A stretch of DNA of 63,589 nt, counting the filler, from Cercozoa sp. M6MM (taxonomy: Eukaryota; Protista; Endomyxa: Ascetosporea), in assembly GCA_040357565.1 (NCBI GenBank). It is 12 parts of 12 records of this genome, joined end to end, with 100 filler letters (N's around TTAATTAATTAA, not from the genome) between each part and the next. Parts side by side here need not be neighbours in the genome. Positions count along the whole stretch, not along the records: positions 1 to 14,028 come from JBDODJ010000341.1; positions 14,129 to 21,796 come from JBDODJ010000604.1; positions 21,897 to 26,500 come from JBDODJ010001098.1; positions 26,601 to 32,584 come from JBDODJ010000814.1; 8 more parts are not named here. One strand, written 5' to 3'. A model generated the notes under the pieces. That model made no database searches, was not told where the DNA came from, and worked only from the letters and a program-made list of their open reading frames with translations. The position numbers and the translations under genes are program-made. This document shows, one piece after another, positions 12,871-26,638 of this stretch (position 1 is the stretch's first letter; every line of letters starts with the position of its first letter).

Positions 12871-13186
12871 ATGTTTACACGGCACTCCATGTGGCGCTTT
12901 GCCCAGCCGTCGATTAGAGCGGCTCATACGTGAAAAGCAACGGTTTGCAGTATGAGCACACCGTGGCAGTCACTTTTACAGAAATCGTCCACAAGCGTCG
13001 AGCAACATGGGCGAGTGCTTGTTGTTCTTGGCTCGGTATGTTGTTTGCTTTTGAGTTCCGTGATTTCAACTGCGAGCATGTGCATGAAATGTTACACCGC
13101 AGGCGACCGATAACTTTTTGTCGACGTTTGCAGGCTACGACGCCGACGTGCTCGTACGCATAGCCCCCCCCCCCCCCACACACACA

Positions 13187-13245
<59 letters not shown>

Positions 13246-13982
13246 ACACAGTTTATTTGAGTGCTTGTTGTTCGCAGAGAGGAGCTGCCGACATTGGGTG
13301 TTCGCACTTTGACGCCGTTGTGCGCGATGATGGCATGAGCGAGTGTGTTGGTCATGTTTCGGTATCTTTGTCTCTCTCAGTCAGCCCTGTCCGCGGAGCA
13401 ACTGCTGTGAGTAGGTCCTGCATGTCACGCACCCGCGACAAATGCTGTCACTCCAGAGGTAGCGTCATACGCGGTGTTCCACCTGGTGTTGACAGAGTTA
13501 GACTTGTGTGTATGTGTGCAGACTCGTGGATTCGAGTCAGTTAGAGCACGTGGCCTTTGTTATGTGCGTCGACGTCGGTGACAAAAGCGGCGACTCGGAC
13601 GAGAATTGCGTGGCGCAGATCCGCCGCTGGAGCAGCGAAATCGCGCGGTTTCTCGCCTCAATTTGCGGCTCGGATGACTCGTACTTTCTGTCCCCTGTTT
13701 CTTTCGCGTTTTCTGGGGGGATCTGTCTGGACAAATACAATAATTCGACTCAGACACAAGAAGCGGCACGGCGAGCGACTGCGTCAGGTGCAGCGACTCC
13801 TGCTCGGCACCGACGTGCTCGGCAGCAGCGGCAACAGTCAAAGCGTCGACGGTGCCACCGACGGTGCCACTGCTGATACCCACGGTGTCACTGACATTGA
13901 CAGCACTGATATCAACTGTCTCGGTGTCGAACTCGTCGTACTGCCCGCCAATGCGAGTGCTCTGTTGGACGCACACTCACAA
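12871..13982 (+). CDS. Dynein light intermediate chain-like (partial; 3' end lost at contig break)
   Basis: RVLVVLGS...LEHVAFVMCVDV...CVAQIRRWSSEI...NCLGVELVVLPANASAL parallels DLIC NVLLLGE...LKDTLVMLVVDMS...LDSLQKW...HNLGIPVLVVCTKCDAI. Confidence 0.55.
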
Positions 13983-13984
13983 GT

Positions 13985-14017
<33 letters not shown>

Positions 14018-14028
14018 CACACACACAC

Positions 14029-14128
14029 NNNNNNNNNNNNNNNNNNNNNNNNNNNNNNNNNNNNNNNNNNNNTTAATTAATTAANNNNNNNNNNNNNNNN
14101 NNNNNNNNNNNNNNNNNNNNNNNNNNNN
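14029..14128. other. Artificial contig spacer N44-TTAATTAATTAA-N44 (first of 11)
   Basis: Identical six-frame-stop linker at 14073, 21841, 26545, 32629, 40073, 41757, 42907, 44620, 54981, 58948 and 60330. Confidence 0.97.
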
Positions 14129-14301
<173 letters not shown>

Positions 14302-14307
14302 GCGCAG

Positions 14308-15143
14308 GCACGGCTACAACGCGAGAAGGAGAACAAGATGCGCGATAAGAAAAAGATTCTCATGCAGCGTGTCAAAACCGAGGTGGCCGGCCGCATGCAG
14401 CAGGTACGCTCGCTCTATATATTTGTGTAGATGTGTGCATGTGTCTGACAGGTACCGCCCAGGAGCTCATCGCAGCCGCCTGTAGCTCAGCAACCGCCGC
14501 CGCTGTCGCAGCCGGTGCGCTCGTCGCTCTTCTCGCCGTCAGCCACGTCGGCCAACGACGCCGACCTGGCCGAGACGGTAGTCCTTCTTCCCTTTGCAAG
14601 AGACTGGTGAGTTGTTGTGTATGTTGTTGTCCTGATTGCAGGAATTGATGAGTGACATCATGGGCGACCTGGCCAACATGAGGAGACGACGAACGCGGGC
14701 CTCTAATTCGCAGGACCTCGACGCCAACGACTCCTTCGATGACCACAGGATACCTGACTCAAGTCACTCAACGGTACTGCTGCATGTCAATGCACACGCA
14801 TACTGGATGGCTGTATGTGATGCACGTACTCTTTGCAGGAGGGGCAGGTACCGCCGCTCGCACAGCCACAGCCACAAGCACTCGCGCAGTCCGGTACGCT
14901 GGTTCGTCTTACCTGGATGATTGAGGTCTTGCACACATCTTTTTCGTGTGTACAGGAACGGTGTTGAATCCGCACCTGCTTCCATACCACGCTTCGGACG
15001 CGCTGGCCACAGAGTCGCCCAGATTACCGGTGTCTCCATTGTCGCAGGCCGCGAGTCGCGCTGCTCGTACCAACAGCGAGTTCGACCGTGATGAGGAACC
15101 GCGCTCCCGGCAAGGCGAGCCTGACGCACCGGGACAGGCCTGA
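14308..15143 (+). CDS. 3' end of a coiled-coil protein, possibly a formin C-terminus
   Basis: Charged helix (ARLQREKENKMRDKKK), then a DAD-like motif ELMSDIMGDLANMRRRR; spliceable GT-AG exons; TGA at 15143. Confidence 0.35.
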
Positions 15144-15407
15144 GCGAACGCGGGCCAGGTCCCGTTTGGTCCGGTTGCTCTCGTTTTGAGTCGAGTCGCA
15201 ACGGATGCCTACGCTCATTCGACGGGATTCTTCGGGTGGGTCAGCGTACGAGGCGTGTCCACTAACGTTAACGCTCCAACGGAGTCAGTCGCGTCATTTC
15301 CAAGTTCCGTTTCGCAGGCAGCGAGGTGAATTATATATCCAACTGTACTAGCAACTCAACGTCAATTGCGCTCATTGCGCTAAACTACGCTACGGCTAAA
15401 TGCTAAA

Positions 15408-15440
15408 GGGTTTGTCCCGGATTGGCGGTGGTCCTCACCC
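15408..15440. mobile_element. 33-bp micro-element related to 3708-3742, with 9-bp TSD
   Basis: GGGTTTGTCCCGGATTGGC matches the 3708 element arm at 18/19 positions; ends GGGT...ACCC; flanks AATGCTAAA / AATGTTAAA. Confidence 0.6.
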
Positions 15441-15499
15441 AATGTTAAACTAGCTACCGTCAGCACCCAATCGAAGAGCTACTGTACAACAAAAGTCCG

Positions 15500-16604
15500 C
15501 CATTTACGGAGCAGGAAGAGGAGCTATCAGGTGGCTGTGGAGCAGGCATGCCGATGCTGGTGGAGGCACTTTTTAAGTACTGTCAGCGTCGAAGGTGATC
15601 CACTGGTGCCAGAAAAGGATCACGGCTTCACGGTACAGGTGGTGGCTGTGGAGGAGGAGAGCTTGATGGCCGTCTCGTGCCCGACTCTCGTCGCCTATTT
15701 AATCACGCGCGTACGGTACGCGCATACGGTACCGTGGTTTTGCAGTTGCGCGACAAAGTAAGTCACCGGCCACGCTCAAATGGTGACTCAGGATACATAA
15801 ACACATAGTACAAAGATACATATACAGTACATACACATAAGTACATACGATAGATTCATACCTACAGAGATACGCACGCCGCTGTTCAGGTAGCCCTGCG
15901 GGCCATAGTGGCAATGTGTGCAGCTATGTATGTTGTACGTATGTAGTGTATGTGGGTGTACGCCAACTGTTACTATCGTATGTACTACGTGACGCCACAA
16001 TAAATCGATCAGATCGCCCGGCCACCACGGCATGTTGTTCTCCCGGCCGAGTCACGTGACCGGACCAGTAGCACGAGAGCGCTGCTCCAGCGCAGCCCGA
16101 TGAGTCTAGACTAACCAAGCCGCAGCTTGAGTTTTGAACGCGCACTGGCTGGTGCTCCAGGTGTCGACAGGGTCAGACGGCCGACCGAATGGCGCCTTGG
16201 TTTCGACGGAGCAGCGGACTCGGGCGTCGACATTCTACATGTTTGCATGAAATAAAGAAGCCAAATACAAAAAATAAACGGTACCGCAGATTATTCGGGC
16301 GTTCCTTGGAGCCTGATGTAGCGCGCTGGAGACGTAAGGTAGCGGACCTTTGCTTGCGACCGATCGACAGGCGTCTGCACCAAGGCACGAGTCGAGACCA
16401 AATTAGGTAAAAGGTAAAGGATGGCGCATGCAATACCGTGGCTTGGAGGGCGGTGTGTCGTCCGGCTGCGACACGCGCATCGTGAGTTGTGGAGACACGT
16501 TCGGCGTGGGCGACAGCGACAGCGACGACGCAGCCCGACGGTGCGCGCGCCTTTGAGCGCTCGGCGGAGTGCTTACGTTCTAAACGCGGCAGATGCACAT
16601 TATG

Positions 16605-16652
<48 letters not shown>

Positions 16653-16662
16653 NNNNNNNNNN

Positions 16663-16714
<52 letters not shown>

Positions 16715-19230
16715 ACAGACACACAGACACACAGACACACACACGAACACAGCAAATGCCTCGCTACCTGGGGCGTGACAGGTTCGATAAAGTGGCCTGG
16801 TGCCCATCCTGCCGGCTGGGGCGACGGCGACTGTGCCGAGTAAACACGCAGCAGGCACTGCTCTGACATACCGCTGCCGCTGGTGCGAAGTAACTCGTAC
16901 ACAACGCCTGCAGGAGCAGACACAACACACTGCTTGATTGCTGCTCAAAAGGTCGTGCAGTAAAGCGGATACCTCGGCGCAGTGAGAGTTCGTTGGCACC
17001 GCGATTCGTCGCGTCAAAATTGGCGATGGCGCGCATCAGCGGGAGATCGCCGGTAGTACTGGCTTCACAACGCTGTATCGATCTGATATCCTCTGCCGTC
17101 AGAGTTCGCACACCTAGCGGACGGTGGGAGGCCTGAAAGACAAGGTGCTACATACGCCACAAAAGCAAGCGCATCAGCATACGGCGGAGGTGGCACGTCG
17201 GAACGGCAGACTCTTGACCGAGCTGGTTGGCGTCGAGTGTGTCGCAGAGAGACGGCGTGCTGCGCTTTTTGTTTCACCGGCACTCGTGCTCGTAGGAAGC
17301 GTTGCTGACAGTGGTGTCTGTGGCGAGTTGGGGTACTTCACGTCGCGCAAGTAGGAGGACGGGACCCACCCCTCGGACCCGGAGGCAACATCCACCACCC
17401 AAGACCAACCGTTGGGCATGACTCGTCGCACTTGGAGAATATCGCCAACGTGCATGCTGAGTCGCCTCTTGTTGCTGCACAAACATCACTAACATGCCAC
17501 AACTAAGTTTAACATTGAATAAAAGCCATAGTACTCAGCAACACCGCCGTCATCACCCTCAAAGTCGAACAGCGCCTGAGCAGTGTACATGATCGACGCA
17601 GAAGACCCTCTCTTGTGTCCCTTTCTCGGTGCTGACGACAAACACAATAAAGGCAAAACAGATGGGAGCCTCAGTCCAAACAACGGCAGTTTATCGGTAC
17701 CAGTGAGAGTCGACCCTTCCGCCTGCGCGGCCTGCTCTGCCTCGATTTCTCCGCGTCGCAGCGCAGCTTTCCGTCGGCCAATCTTTCCTCTGCGTGGAGA
17801 GCGCAAGTACTAGAAATAAAGGTTACACATCATCAGCAACGCACCTCCAAGCACACGACAGCACGGTTGATGCCCAGTTCTCTCGGCGGCTTCGGCTGCG
17901 CACACGGTAGAAAATTCTGATATTTCTTCGGTAGGCCAAAGTGAACTCACTAGGCGCAGTAGCAATGCCAGATCTTGCGCGCGGCAAAACGCTCACCGAA
18001 CTCACGGATTTTGCGTTCTCGTTCGAGCTCCAGTTGTGCCTGTCGGCGCTTTTCTTCCATCGCCTTCAAATGTCTGTACAGTTACAACTTCATGCTCATT
18101 GGTTTCATGGATAACCCCCAGATCCACGTATCAATACTGAGCCGAGCGTTCGACGTACTTTGAGCGCATACTGAGTGTTCGACTTGCCTCCTGAGTCTCG
18201 CGGAGGTGCTTTTTGACCAGACGGGATCGTGCACGCTCTTGTCGCGATGCGTGCTGCTCTTCACGCTGCAACGCGAGCGTGAAAGCTTGTTTGATAAAGA
18301 CACTGTAAGCTGTGCGCCCAAACAAGAGTAAAACAGCTGAAACCGAGGAAATATATGGCCTGTTGATACCGTTTTGCCAAGTAGCGAGAACCGCGCCTCG
18401 GCATGTGCTGTCACAGTCGGCAACTGCTTGCACAAGTGCGCGTCCAATGTGGTGCCAGTGCTGACTCGACACAACGCCCGACTCGGTGTGCTGCAACGCA
18501 AAGACTGCTGCATCTCGCAGTGCTTGCTCTGCCTCTTTGGTTTCCTTTCTACCTCCTATGTAGTATCACAAAAATCAACACGGAAAACTGAAAGATATTG
18601 ATATTGATACTTGATCACAAAGAACGCGAATAAACGGAACTCGCCTCTGCTAGCGTCACGAGCGGCAAACTTTTCGGCAATGCAGAGACAAAGCTTGACT
18701 AACTTGGCCAAGAAGGACATGCGCTGCGACATCTCGCCTCCAAACAGGCCATGCTCGCTCTCAATGGCGAGCGCTTCCAAGGAAGCTACAGCACATACAC
18801 CCACGTATACACGCAGAAACAGACACACACGCGTGCGCACACATAGGCACACAGGCACAGACACGGCACACACTTGGTAGCAGCAAATATACTAGCGGTG
18901 GCGAGAGGGTGCTGCGGCTCCATTTTGCAGGTCTTCATATAGTCAAAGAACTTGTCGTAAAAGACTGAAAAGTTGCGCGCCTTCCTGTCCTGCGTGATGC
19001 ACGCACAAACAAGCTGACATGAGCTGCAAGTCAACGAGAACAAGCTGTCTCACCTTGTCGGTGCGACCGGAGCTGCCGCTGAGATTTGGGCCTTCGACCG
19101 TGTCAGCCGCTCCAGTCATAATAGCGTCGATACTGCTTTTAAGAATCTCCGTACTCTTGACGAAAAAGACCGGCTAGCATTCAGAAATCAAGTAAACAAC
19201 CACGCAAGAAGAAACCTTGGGAAGTGTCAT
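15500..19230 (-). CDS. Coiled-coil plus multiple-SH3-domain protein
   Basis: SH3 motifs AQALFDFEGDD...LSMHVGDILQV...GWSWVV...GSEGWVPSSYL and RAIANFDATNRGANELSLRRG...GWAPGHFIE; helical N-terminal half; Pro-rich tail. Ends approximate. Confidence 0.75.
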
Positions 19231-19436
19231 TTTCAGGAGGCGCATACCTCAGGGTTGTAGTAATCTGGCATTCGCTTGCGTTGGTGCGAATTCAAGCTCT
19301 GCACCGCATCGGACCTCCAATCATACAGCACGGCATCATACAATTAAAGTTGAGCAGACCTTAGTGACAACCACACGGCGCTGTGCGGAGTCGTCGTCGC
19401 GTTCTGCGCCGGGGATCGTCCGACGCGTGCGAAGCA

Positions 19437-21050
19437 ATGACTTCATGGCGCTGCGGAAAGGATTTTCGTCAAGAGACCTGGGACCAAGAGCTGAGACGGT
19501 ACTACTTGAGCGATGATCGCTGCGCGTGTGCGGTGCTTAAGAGCTCCTCTCACCTGAGCCTCTACTTGGTGCAACAATCTTCCTGGCAGCTTGGGTGCAC
19601 GTGTCTGGCACAGCGCTCTAATTATTACGGTACACTGGGTAGCTGTTTCTGAGTCTGGAGTCACTCCGGCTCGATGTTCTACTGTACCCAGTACTGTACA
19701 GCAGAGCCGGCAGGCTACAGTACAGCTCAGGGGTTTTCAACGACGCCTTTTGTATACTCGTACTGTACAGTGAGAAGTACAGTAGATCGTCAGCCGTCTC
19801 CAAAAAAGTAAGTTGATTATGCTCGCCAACCGCGAAAAGCGATCGCCCATTCACCCTTCACCCCCTCCTTCACGCCCCCCCCCCCCCCACCTCCTTCACA
19901 CCCCTCAGTGTCTGGCGGTGGCTTTTTGGACCCTGCGAGACTAATCGCGTCGCTAAGGGCAGCCAAAAAACTTCTGGTACTACCCCTCCCTTTACCCAGC
20001 TCCACATTTTCATGCCCATGGTGCGTGCCCGTGCAGTGTCTCGTCGATTTGGACCAGACGCTGTTGGACTCGAAGGCACTCAGGAACGAAGTGGACCCCT
20101 ACAAGGATGAGCCGTATGCGACGCATCTTAAGCATAAAGACTTCTTTGTGTACGAGATGACACGTGACTCGACCTTGCCGCTGCCGTCGCGGCGGCTTGC
20201 CGAAACAACAAGTAGCAACGGCAGTAACAGCAACGTGCGTCGTTCAAAACACATCATCAAGCTGCGGCCACATTCGGTAACCTTGGTTTTGCTCCTCTGT
20301 CTCTTTTTTCCGTTGAGGCGTGCTTTATACTAGCGTGAGTTCCTTGCGTCACTTATTTCTCGTTATTATGTCGTCGCGTACACTCACGCGAGTCTGGAGT
20401 ATGCCAACGAAGCATGTAAGGTACTTGTCGTACATTTTGGTGGCTGTAAAGTCGTTTGTGCGTGTCTGGTTGCTGCTGAGCTTGTATGTCTGTGTGCGTT
20501 AGAAACTCGACCCTTTCAACACAGTGTTCGGCCCTGCGCGTCATCGCAGGATAATCTCGAAATGCCACTTTCCCGTAACAGGACTGTACAATTGCTCTTA
20601 TGCTCTGTAGAAATGTGTGCGTGCAGTCGGATGTTGGTGTGAAGCTCTTGGCGCGAATGTTTGCGCGGAGTGACTCCGAGAGTCACCAGCACCGTCTTGA
20701 CGAGCTCGCGAAACTGTGCGTTGTGTCTATGTGCTGTTTGGTGGTATATTTTGCGTTATCGCACTTGAATAGAACAATTGTGCTGGATGACAACCCTGAT
20801 GTACCTGTCTGCCTCAATTAACTCTTCCCTCTGTTTTCTCTCTTTCTCATGCATTGTTGTACAGGTCTGGAAGACCTCGAAGTTGCCGGTGCTGGAAGTA
20901 CTTCAGCACAAGTTTTGGGCCAACCCTGGTGAGCGAGCTGTCGTGCTGAGACGAGATGACTTAAGCAAGGAAGCCTGGGCTCGTTCGCCGGTACTTTTCT
21001 GTACCTATCGCATGTCTGAGTGCCACCACTATCGCTGTGTGTGTGTGCGT

Positions 21051-21099
<49 letters not shown>

Positions 21100-21507
21100 T
21101 GCAGTACCCGACGCTTTTGCTGGAAAAGGAAGACAACGACAACTTGCTGCGGCACGTATTTTTCCTAGCTGTGATGGTGTCGTGGTCACTTCTTCTCGTA
21201 TCCAGAAGTCTTCGGCGTGTCCTCTTCGGTGTGCACTCGCTCATGTACGAGTACGGGCTTCCAGAGACACTATACACGTTGCAGCTGTGAGTTCGCTTTG
21301 GTTTCCTGGACTCCCATCCAATTTCTCGGTATGCGAGATGTGTCGTAGATTGCGATTGCCTGTTCTGTTTGGCTACGGCATTGTTTTCGACCCCGGTTTC
21401 AGTGATTCGTGGCAGAGCCTCGTGGAGAGTTTTGGTGGTAACTGCTGTCTTGCTCCTTGCTGTCTTGTTATTGTTGCACCTGTTTGCTGTATGTGCATGT
21501 GTGTGTA

Positions 21508-21542
<35 letters not shown>

Positions 21543-21748
21543 ATGTGTGTGCGTGTGTATATTTGTATGTGGGATACAGGAACGTTCTTGAATTCTCTTG
21601 ACAAGGTGGTGCCGGAGCGCGCCAAGAAAACCGTAGTGCTGCCTCGCTGCCATGGGTCTGCACTGCATGAGCAGGTGAAACAGCACCCGCTCTTTGCCGA
21701 ACTGAACGTCGTGCGTGCTTCGTGGCTTCTCGAGGCCAGTAGTCATTG
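19437..21748 (+). CDS. FCP1: RNA polymerase II CTD phosphatase FCP1-like (partial)
   Basis: CLVDLDQTLL catalytic motif, IKLRPHSREFL, YTHASLEYA, IVLDDNPDVW, and a BRCT-like C-terminus VVRASWLLEASSHW. Start uncertain. Confidence 0.85.
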
Positions 21749-21796
<48 letters not shown>

Positions 21797-21896
21797 NNNN
21801 NNNNNNNNNNNNNNNNNNNNNNNNNNNNNNNNNNNNNNNNTTAATTAATTAANNNNNNNNNNNNNNNNNNNNNNNNNNNNNNNNNNNNNNNNNNNN

Positions 21897-21947
<51 letters not shown>

Positions 21948-21971
21948 GTGTACAACGAAGTCTAGGTTACC

Positions 21972-22973
21972 TGCAAGGTAATGCCACCGCAGTTGACATC
22001 GAGACTCGTCAGTTTCTGAATCGCCAGTGCAAGAGCAGCAACAGAGTCACGCGCGAAGAGTGCCTACATATCACACACACGACCGTCTACAGTATATACA
22101 CCCATGTCGTCACATTTGGTTTCAAAACAAAGTGCATGGAGTGTGTGCGTACAGGGGGAGCAAAGTGCGTCGCGCAGTACTCTGACTTGATTTCGTTCTC
22201 TGCATTGGTTTCTTGGTCCCCGTTTTGACAAGCCAGGTAGCATTAGGTTCGCACCGAGCGCGGTCGGCGACAGAACGAAAAACCCGTCAAGTTCACGATG
22301 TACCTCGGCTGTCGATTTTGCCGAGTCGTTCCGGAAGTCATTGTAATATGTGTACGTCACCTACGACTTATTCGTCTTTAACAGGAGCAGATGAGCTCAA
22401 TCTAGAAGATCATATATCTTTCATCGAGCGACGCAACATCGGCTCCAACAAAGACATACGGCGCTTGAAGCATGTCGCGCTCGTAGGCACGGGATAGCAC
22501 CTTAGCCGAAATGTATTCATAGGCCAAAATCACCACTTTGCCAGTGTGCAAGAAATGAGTGGTTCGAATTGACTATTTGAGGAGTAAGGAAGCATGCGTC
22601 CAGGAACTGCCCTCCTCAATCACCGACTGCAGGGAAGCGTCTATTTCGAGTCACTTATAATTAACGCAGACTCGGCTGGTAGCGGCAACTGTAAATAGAC
22701 GGTACAAACAACAGTTGGGGTACGGTACAAACTATTGCTGGTCAGACTAACCGTTGAAAGCAAGAGACCATCGCGAGGTGCCACGACGTTGACCAGGTAC
22801 GTCGCGAGATCCTGCTCGAGTCGTAAGTTAATTCGATATGCTTATTAAAGCATGCTTTCGTACGGAGTACCTGTGTGTACTGGTTTTTATCCTCAACAAG
22901 CATAACAGCACGCGTCCAGTGCAGCTCCGGCGACCGCATGAACAGCGCGCGTCCAGTGCAACAACCCTGACAT
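21972..22973 (-). CDS. Venus-flytrap (ANF_receptor / class C GPCR-like) domain fragment
   Basis: ELHWTRAVMLVEDKNQY, VILAYEYISAKVLSRAYERDMLQAPYVFVGAD, ELDGFFVLSP and ALFARDSVAALALAIQKL resemble GABA-B/NPR ligand-binding domain motifs. Confidence 0.55.
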
Positions 22974-23232
22974 TTTTAATTCATTTGCGTTGTCACCGCA
23001 CTACGTAGTTGGTTTCTACTTCTTAGACGCAAAATGAGCCGAGGGAGGTTCAAGCGAAGTGTTGATACGTGCCGTACCTGTATTTCACGAGTCACGACCA
23101 ATCTACGAAACGGACAAACCGACGCGACGGGACAGTTTGTCACACCATACGATTGTTTAGCTGTCTGTGGGCCGAATTCGGACGCGTATCAGCGTGCAGT
23201 TGGTTGCGGAGGTGAAGCAGCAGCTTAGGCGG

Positions 23233-25332
23233 TTAATGATCAAGCAGACACGATGGACAAGCGTGCAAGACCTCATGCACGAAAGTGTCGCATTGGTCGC
23301 AAAAGTTACCGTGACACTTTGGGCAAGACAAGCACTCCTGAACAAGAAACACAGAAACACGCACAGTGAACAGGCAGCGGAAATTCAGGCGGAGAACCAC
23401 TGGGACGGACTTCTGTGGCGGGCGCACAGAGACATTGCAACCACAGCACCGCACTCGCTCGCTGCGAAACAAAAAACATTTCAAATAACCGAGTTTATTT
23501 CTGGCACAGCATGCAGAGTATACCCGGGAGAGCTCCTCAAAGTGGTGCGCACAAATGCCGGCAGTGGAAACAAACTGTGGTAGCTGCGTGCCAGGTGCGG
23601 CGCACTTACCAGAGGCAATCTGTACATACGCAATACAAATTCTCTGACGTTAAGAGCAAAGACATATTTACACCTACAAACGCGACAATCGATCGGCAGA
23701 GAGCAGTGCAGGGCCTTGCATTGAGGGCATTCCACTCCTGCACAAGCTGTAGACGTGAACAGCAACAAGTCACCAGCAGAACAAAGACCTTGGTAGCGAA
23801 ATTTGTTATGACACGCACACAACGACGGTGCCGACAGCAACTTGCGCGACGCGAAGCCAAATTTCACCTAACGCACAAGCATGCCTCTCCTGACCTGTGC
23901 AGGCGAGCAAAATGCACCCAGTCACGCTTCATGGCCTCGGCTTCACTTGTTGCTGGTGGCTATGAGTTTGTAAATGCAGACACCCGCAAAATAATACATC
24001 AAAGCTACGTAGATGTGTTGCATGATGAGTCGCTTCGCATGCGACGGACCTTGCGCAACTCCGTGTTGTCCTGCGATATGTGTCCAAAAACATACTTCAC
24101 TGCAGTAGGGGGGGGGGGGGGGGGTACCATTTGTGAGTTGACTGATGCGTTTGCAAATGTGCAATTCCGCACTCAGTGAAATGAAGCTTGTTCTAAAAAC
24201 ACGGCACAATGAGTTATGGTATCATAATGTGAGTATCCGTCTACCTAATCTTATTATCCTGCAGCCGTTTCAACACAGCTTGAATGTCATCGCTGCCTGC
24301 ACACCGACGTTTACATCCTAGAGGAACACACACCACGCAGACTTGTACCTTCTCTCTCGACCATGTTGAGCGAGGACATCAGCACGATTATTTCGCGCGT
24401 TCCGTACTCGGGCATACTCGAAAGTGTTGCCTGCGATACTTGGGTGTGAGTGTAAGGGAGTGAAATAGACTTGCAAGCGGTACCTCGCACTGCGACAGTG
24501 CGTTGCTTAGGCACAAGTTGTCGTAGCTAACCGAGTAAAACAAACAGGTACCGCACAGATCGACAAGGAATGCAGTTGGTATCATACGCAGGGAAAGGTG
24601 CCTGCGTCAGTAATCGCTGCAGTGTGACCTCGTTGGCCGATAGCGGTGACAACTCATTCGTCACGTCACCGGCCAAATACTGCAAAATTTGAACGGCAAT
24701 AAAGGAAAACTGTATTTGAGATCATACAATGCCAATCTGGGACAGCGCGTTGCGAGCGAGGAAGCGGCGAACAAAGGCAGCAGAAATGCGTTGTGCACAT
24801 ACGCCTCGTGTCGGTGGAAAGTCCGTTTCCTACAATTAACTGGACAAAGTTTCTACGTACGAGCTAGGGACAGTACTTGCATGGTGGGACCACAGTCAAT
24901 GACAAGCATCACATAACGAATAGTGCCTATGTGTTGCATTAAGTATAAACGCACGCTGCGTCGTAGATCCAAGTCAGTCATTACCCCGCTGCACTCGTCG
25001 CAACTGATGTTGAAAGGCTGCTCTGTCTTCCTCTGGTAATCGGCATTGTTAACGGGGATTTGGCATGGCCCGGTTTTCGGTTTTGAATACCAAGCTGTTC
25101 CGTTTGCGCTCGTGTTTGTAGTGTCACTAACCTGCCTTCGGCATCTTCTACGATGTTTTTCCTACGCGGTACACCTAATAGCAGAGGCGTACATAACGTA
25201 AACAGGTTATAACTACCAAGTGCGGTTGATGTCTTGCTCCCAGGCATGCAATTCCTCCTCTTGGTCCGACTCAGCGCCACCATAAGCGCGATCCGGGTCA
25301 AATTGTTCGTGAATGTCGCTAAGATGTGCCAT
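23233..25332 (-). CDS. GTF2H2: TFIIH subunit p44 (Ssl1)
   Basis: HAWEQDINRTW, IRYVMLVID, NALSQIG, MPEYGTREIIVLMSSL, ISLSAELHICK, CPQCKALHCSLPIDCRVC, LVSAPHLARSYHSLFPL, CPKCHGNFCDQCDTFVHEVLHACPSC*. Confidence 0.95.
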
Positions 25333-25498
25333 TTTCTATCTCAACAGGTAGTAACACACGCTAGCACTGACCCAACTTAATGGGAAACCAAGCAGTGGCA
25401 GCTTTGCAAACAAACAATCAAACAAAAAAACGAAAAGAAAACACCCTATGTAGCACTCTAAAACGGTTGTGGTGTGGTGTCTTTGTGTGCAAATAAAG

Positions 25499-26412
25499 AT
25501 GTCAACAGCGCCAGCTCCTAAACGTGCGCGCACGGCGCCTTCGGTGCCCATCAGCGGCGAGGCTCGTGGTGCCACAAATCGCGTTGTTGTTATCGATCTG
25601 GGAGGCGATCGGGTATGCCTGTGTTCTGTCGTTTACTCATTTATCCCGTTGTTGTGCAGGTACGTGCAGGTTATGCTGGCGAACCAGCACCGAGAATTGA
25701 TGCTTGCAACGGCATTGGCCGAAGGAAGGTGAGGAGCGTACGAACGGATTCTGAACCTGCGTATATGAGTGAAATAATCGCTACTGTAGGGCGAGAAGCT
25801 GCTTCATGTTGCCGACCAGGTACAGTGTGTGTCTTTGTCCAAGTGTCGAACTTGTTGATGTGTATCATCAGGTCGACAAGCAAGAGTTTGTGGCCGCCTT
25901 CAATGTGCGAAGACCGTTTGATCGAGGTACACGTGCTGATCTCGAGTGACGTTCTCTTCCACATGCACTCTTTTCTTGCAGGATATCCGACCGACTACCT
26001 ACTGCAGCAGCGTATTCTCACGCGGTGTGTGCCTCTGTGTGCCTGTGTGTGTGTGCCTGTGTGTGTGTGCCTGTGTCTGTGTGTGACATGCCCCGGCTTG
26101 TGCAGCGTGATGCAGCGGCTGTGCGGCAGTCAAGACGAGTTCCACCAGCAGGCACAGTCATCGACGCTGCTGATGACGGAGCCGCTGTTCTGTCTGCCTG
26201 CCATTCAGTGGCGACTCGACGAGATTGCGTTCGAAACTGTACGTATACATATACATATATAAATATATATATATATATATGTATATACATACTGCAACAT
26301 GTACAAGGTGTGATACTGGGTACAGTTGGGTTTCAATGCGCTGTGCCGCGTGTCTCCTGCCACCTGCGCACTTCGCGGACGCGACGTTGTGTCCGACGAT
26401 GATGTCGCCGAG
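25499..26412 (+). CDS. ARP6: Actin-related protein 6 (5' part)
   Basis: VVVIDLGGDRVRAGYAG, RRPFDRGY, LLMTEPLFCLPAIQWRLDEIAFETLGF. Confidence 0.8.
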
Positions 26413-26450
26413 GTTACCGTACCATGTTGCCACCATGTGTTGTCTCATAG

Positions 26451-26500
<50 letters not shown>

Positions 26501-26638
26501 NNNNNNNNNNNNNNNNNNNNNNNNNNNNNNNNNNNNNNNNNNNNTTAATTAATTAANNNNNNNNNNNNNNNNNNNNNNNNNNNNNNNNNNNNNNNNNNNN
26601 TACCCCCCCGGTTTACCCCCTCACCTCCCCTGCTCCAG

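Noticed and set aside
14073-14084. Recurring TTAATTAATTAA palindrome (11 copies)
   Set aside because: Always centred in N-runs of fixed length; an artificial six-frame-stop contig linker.
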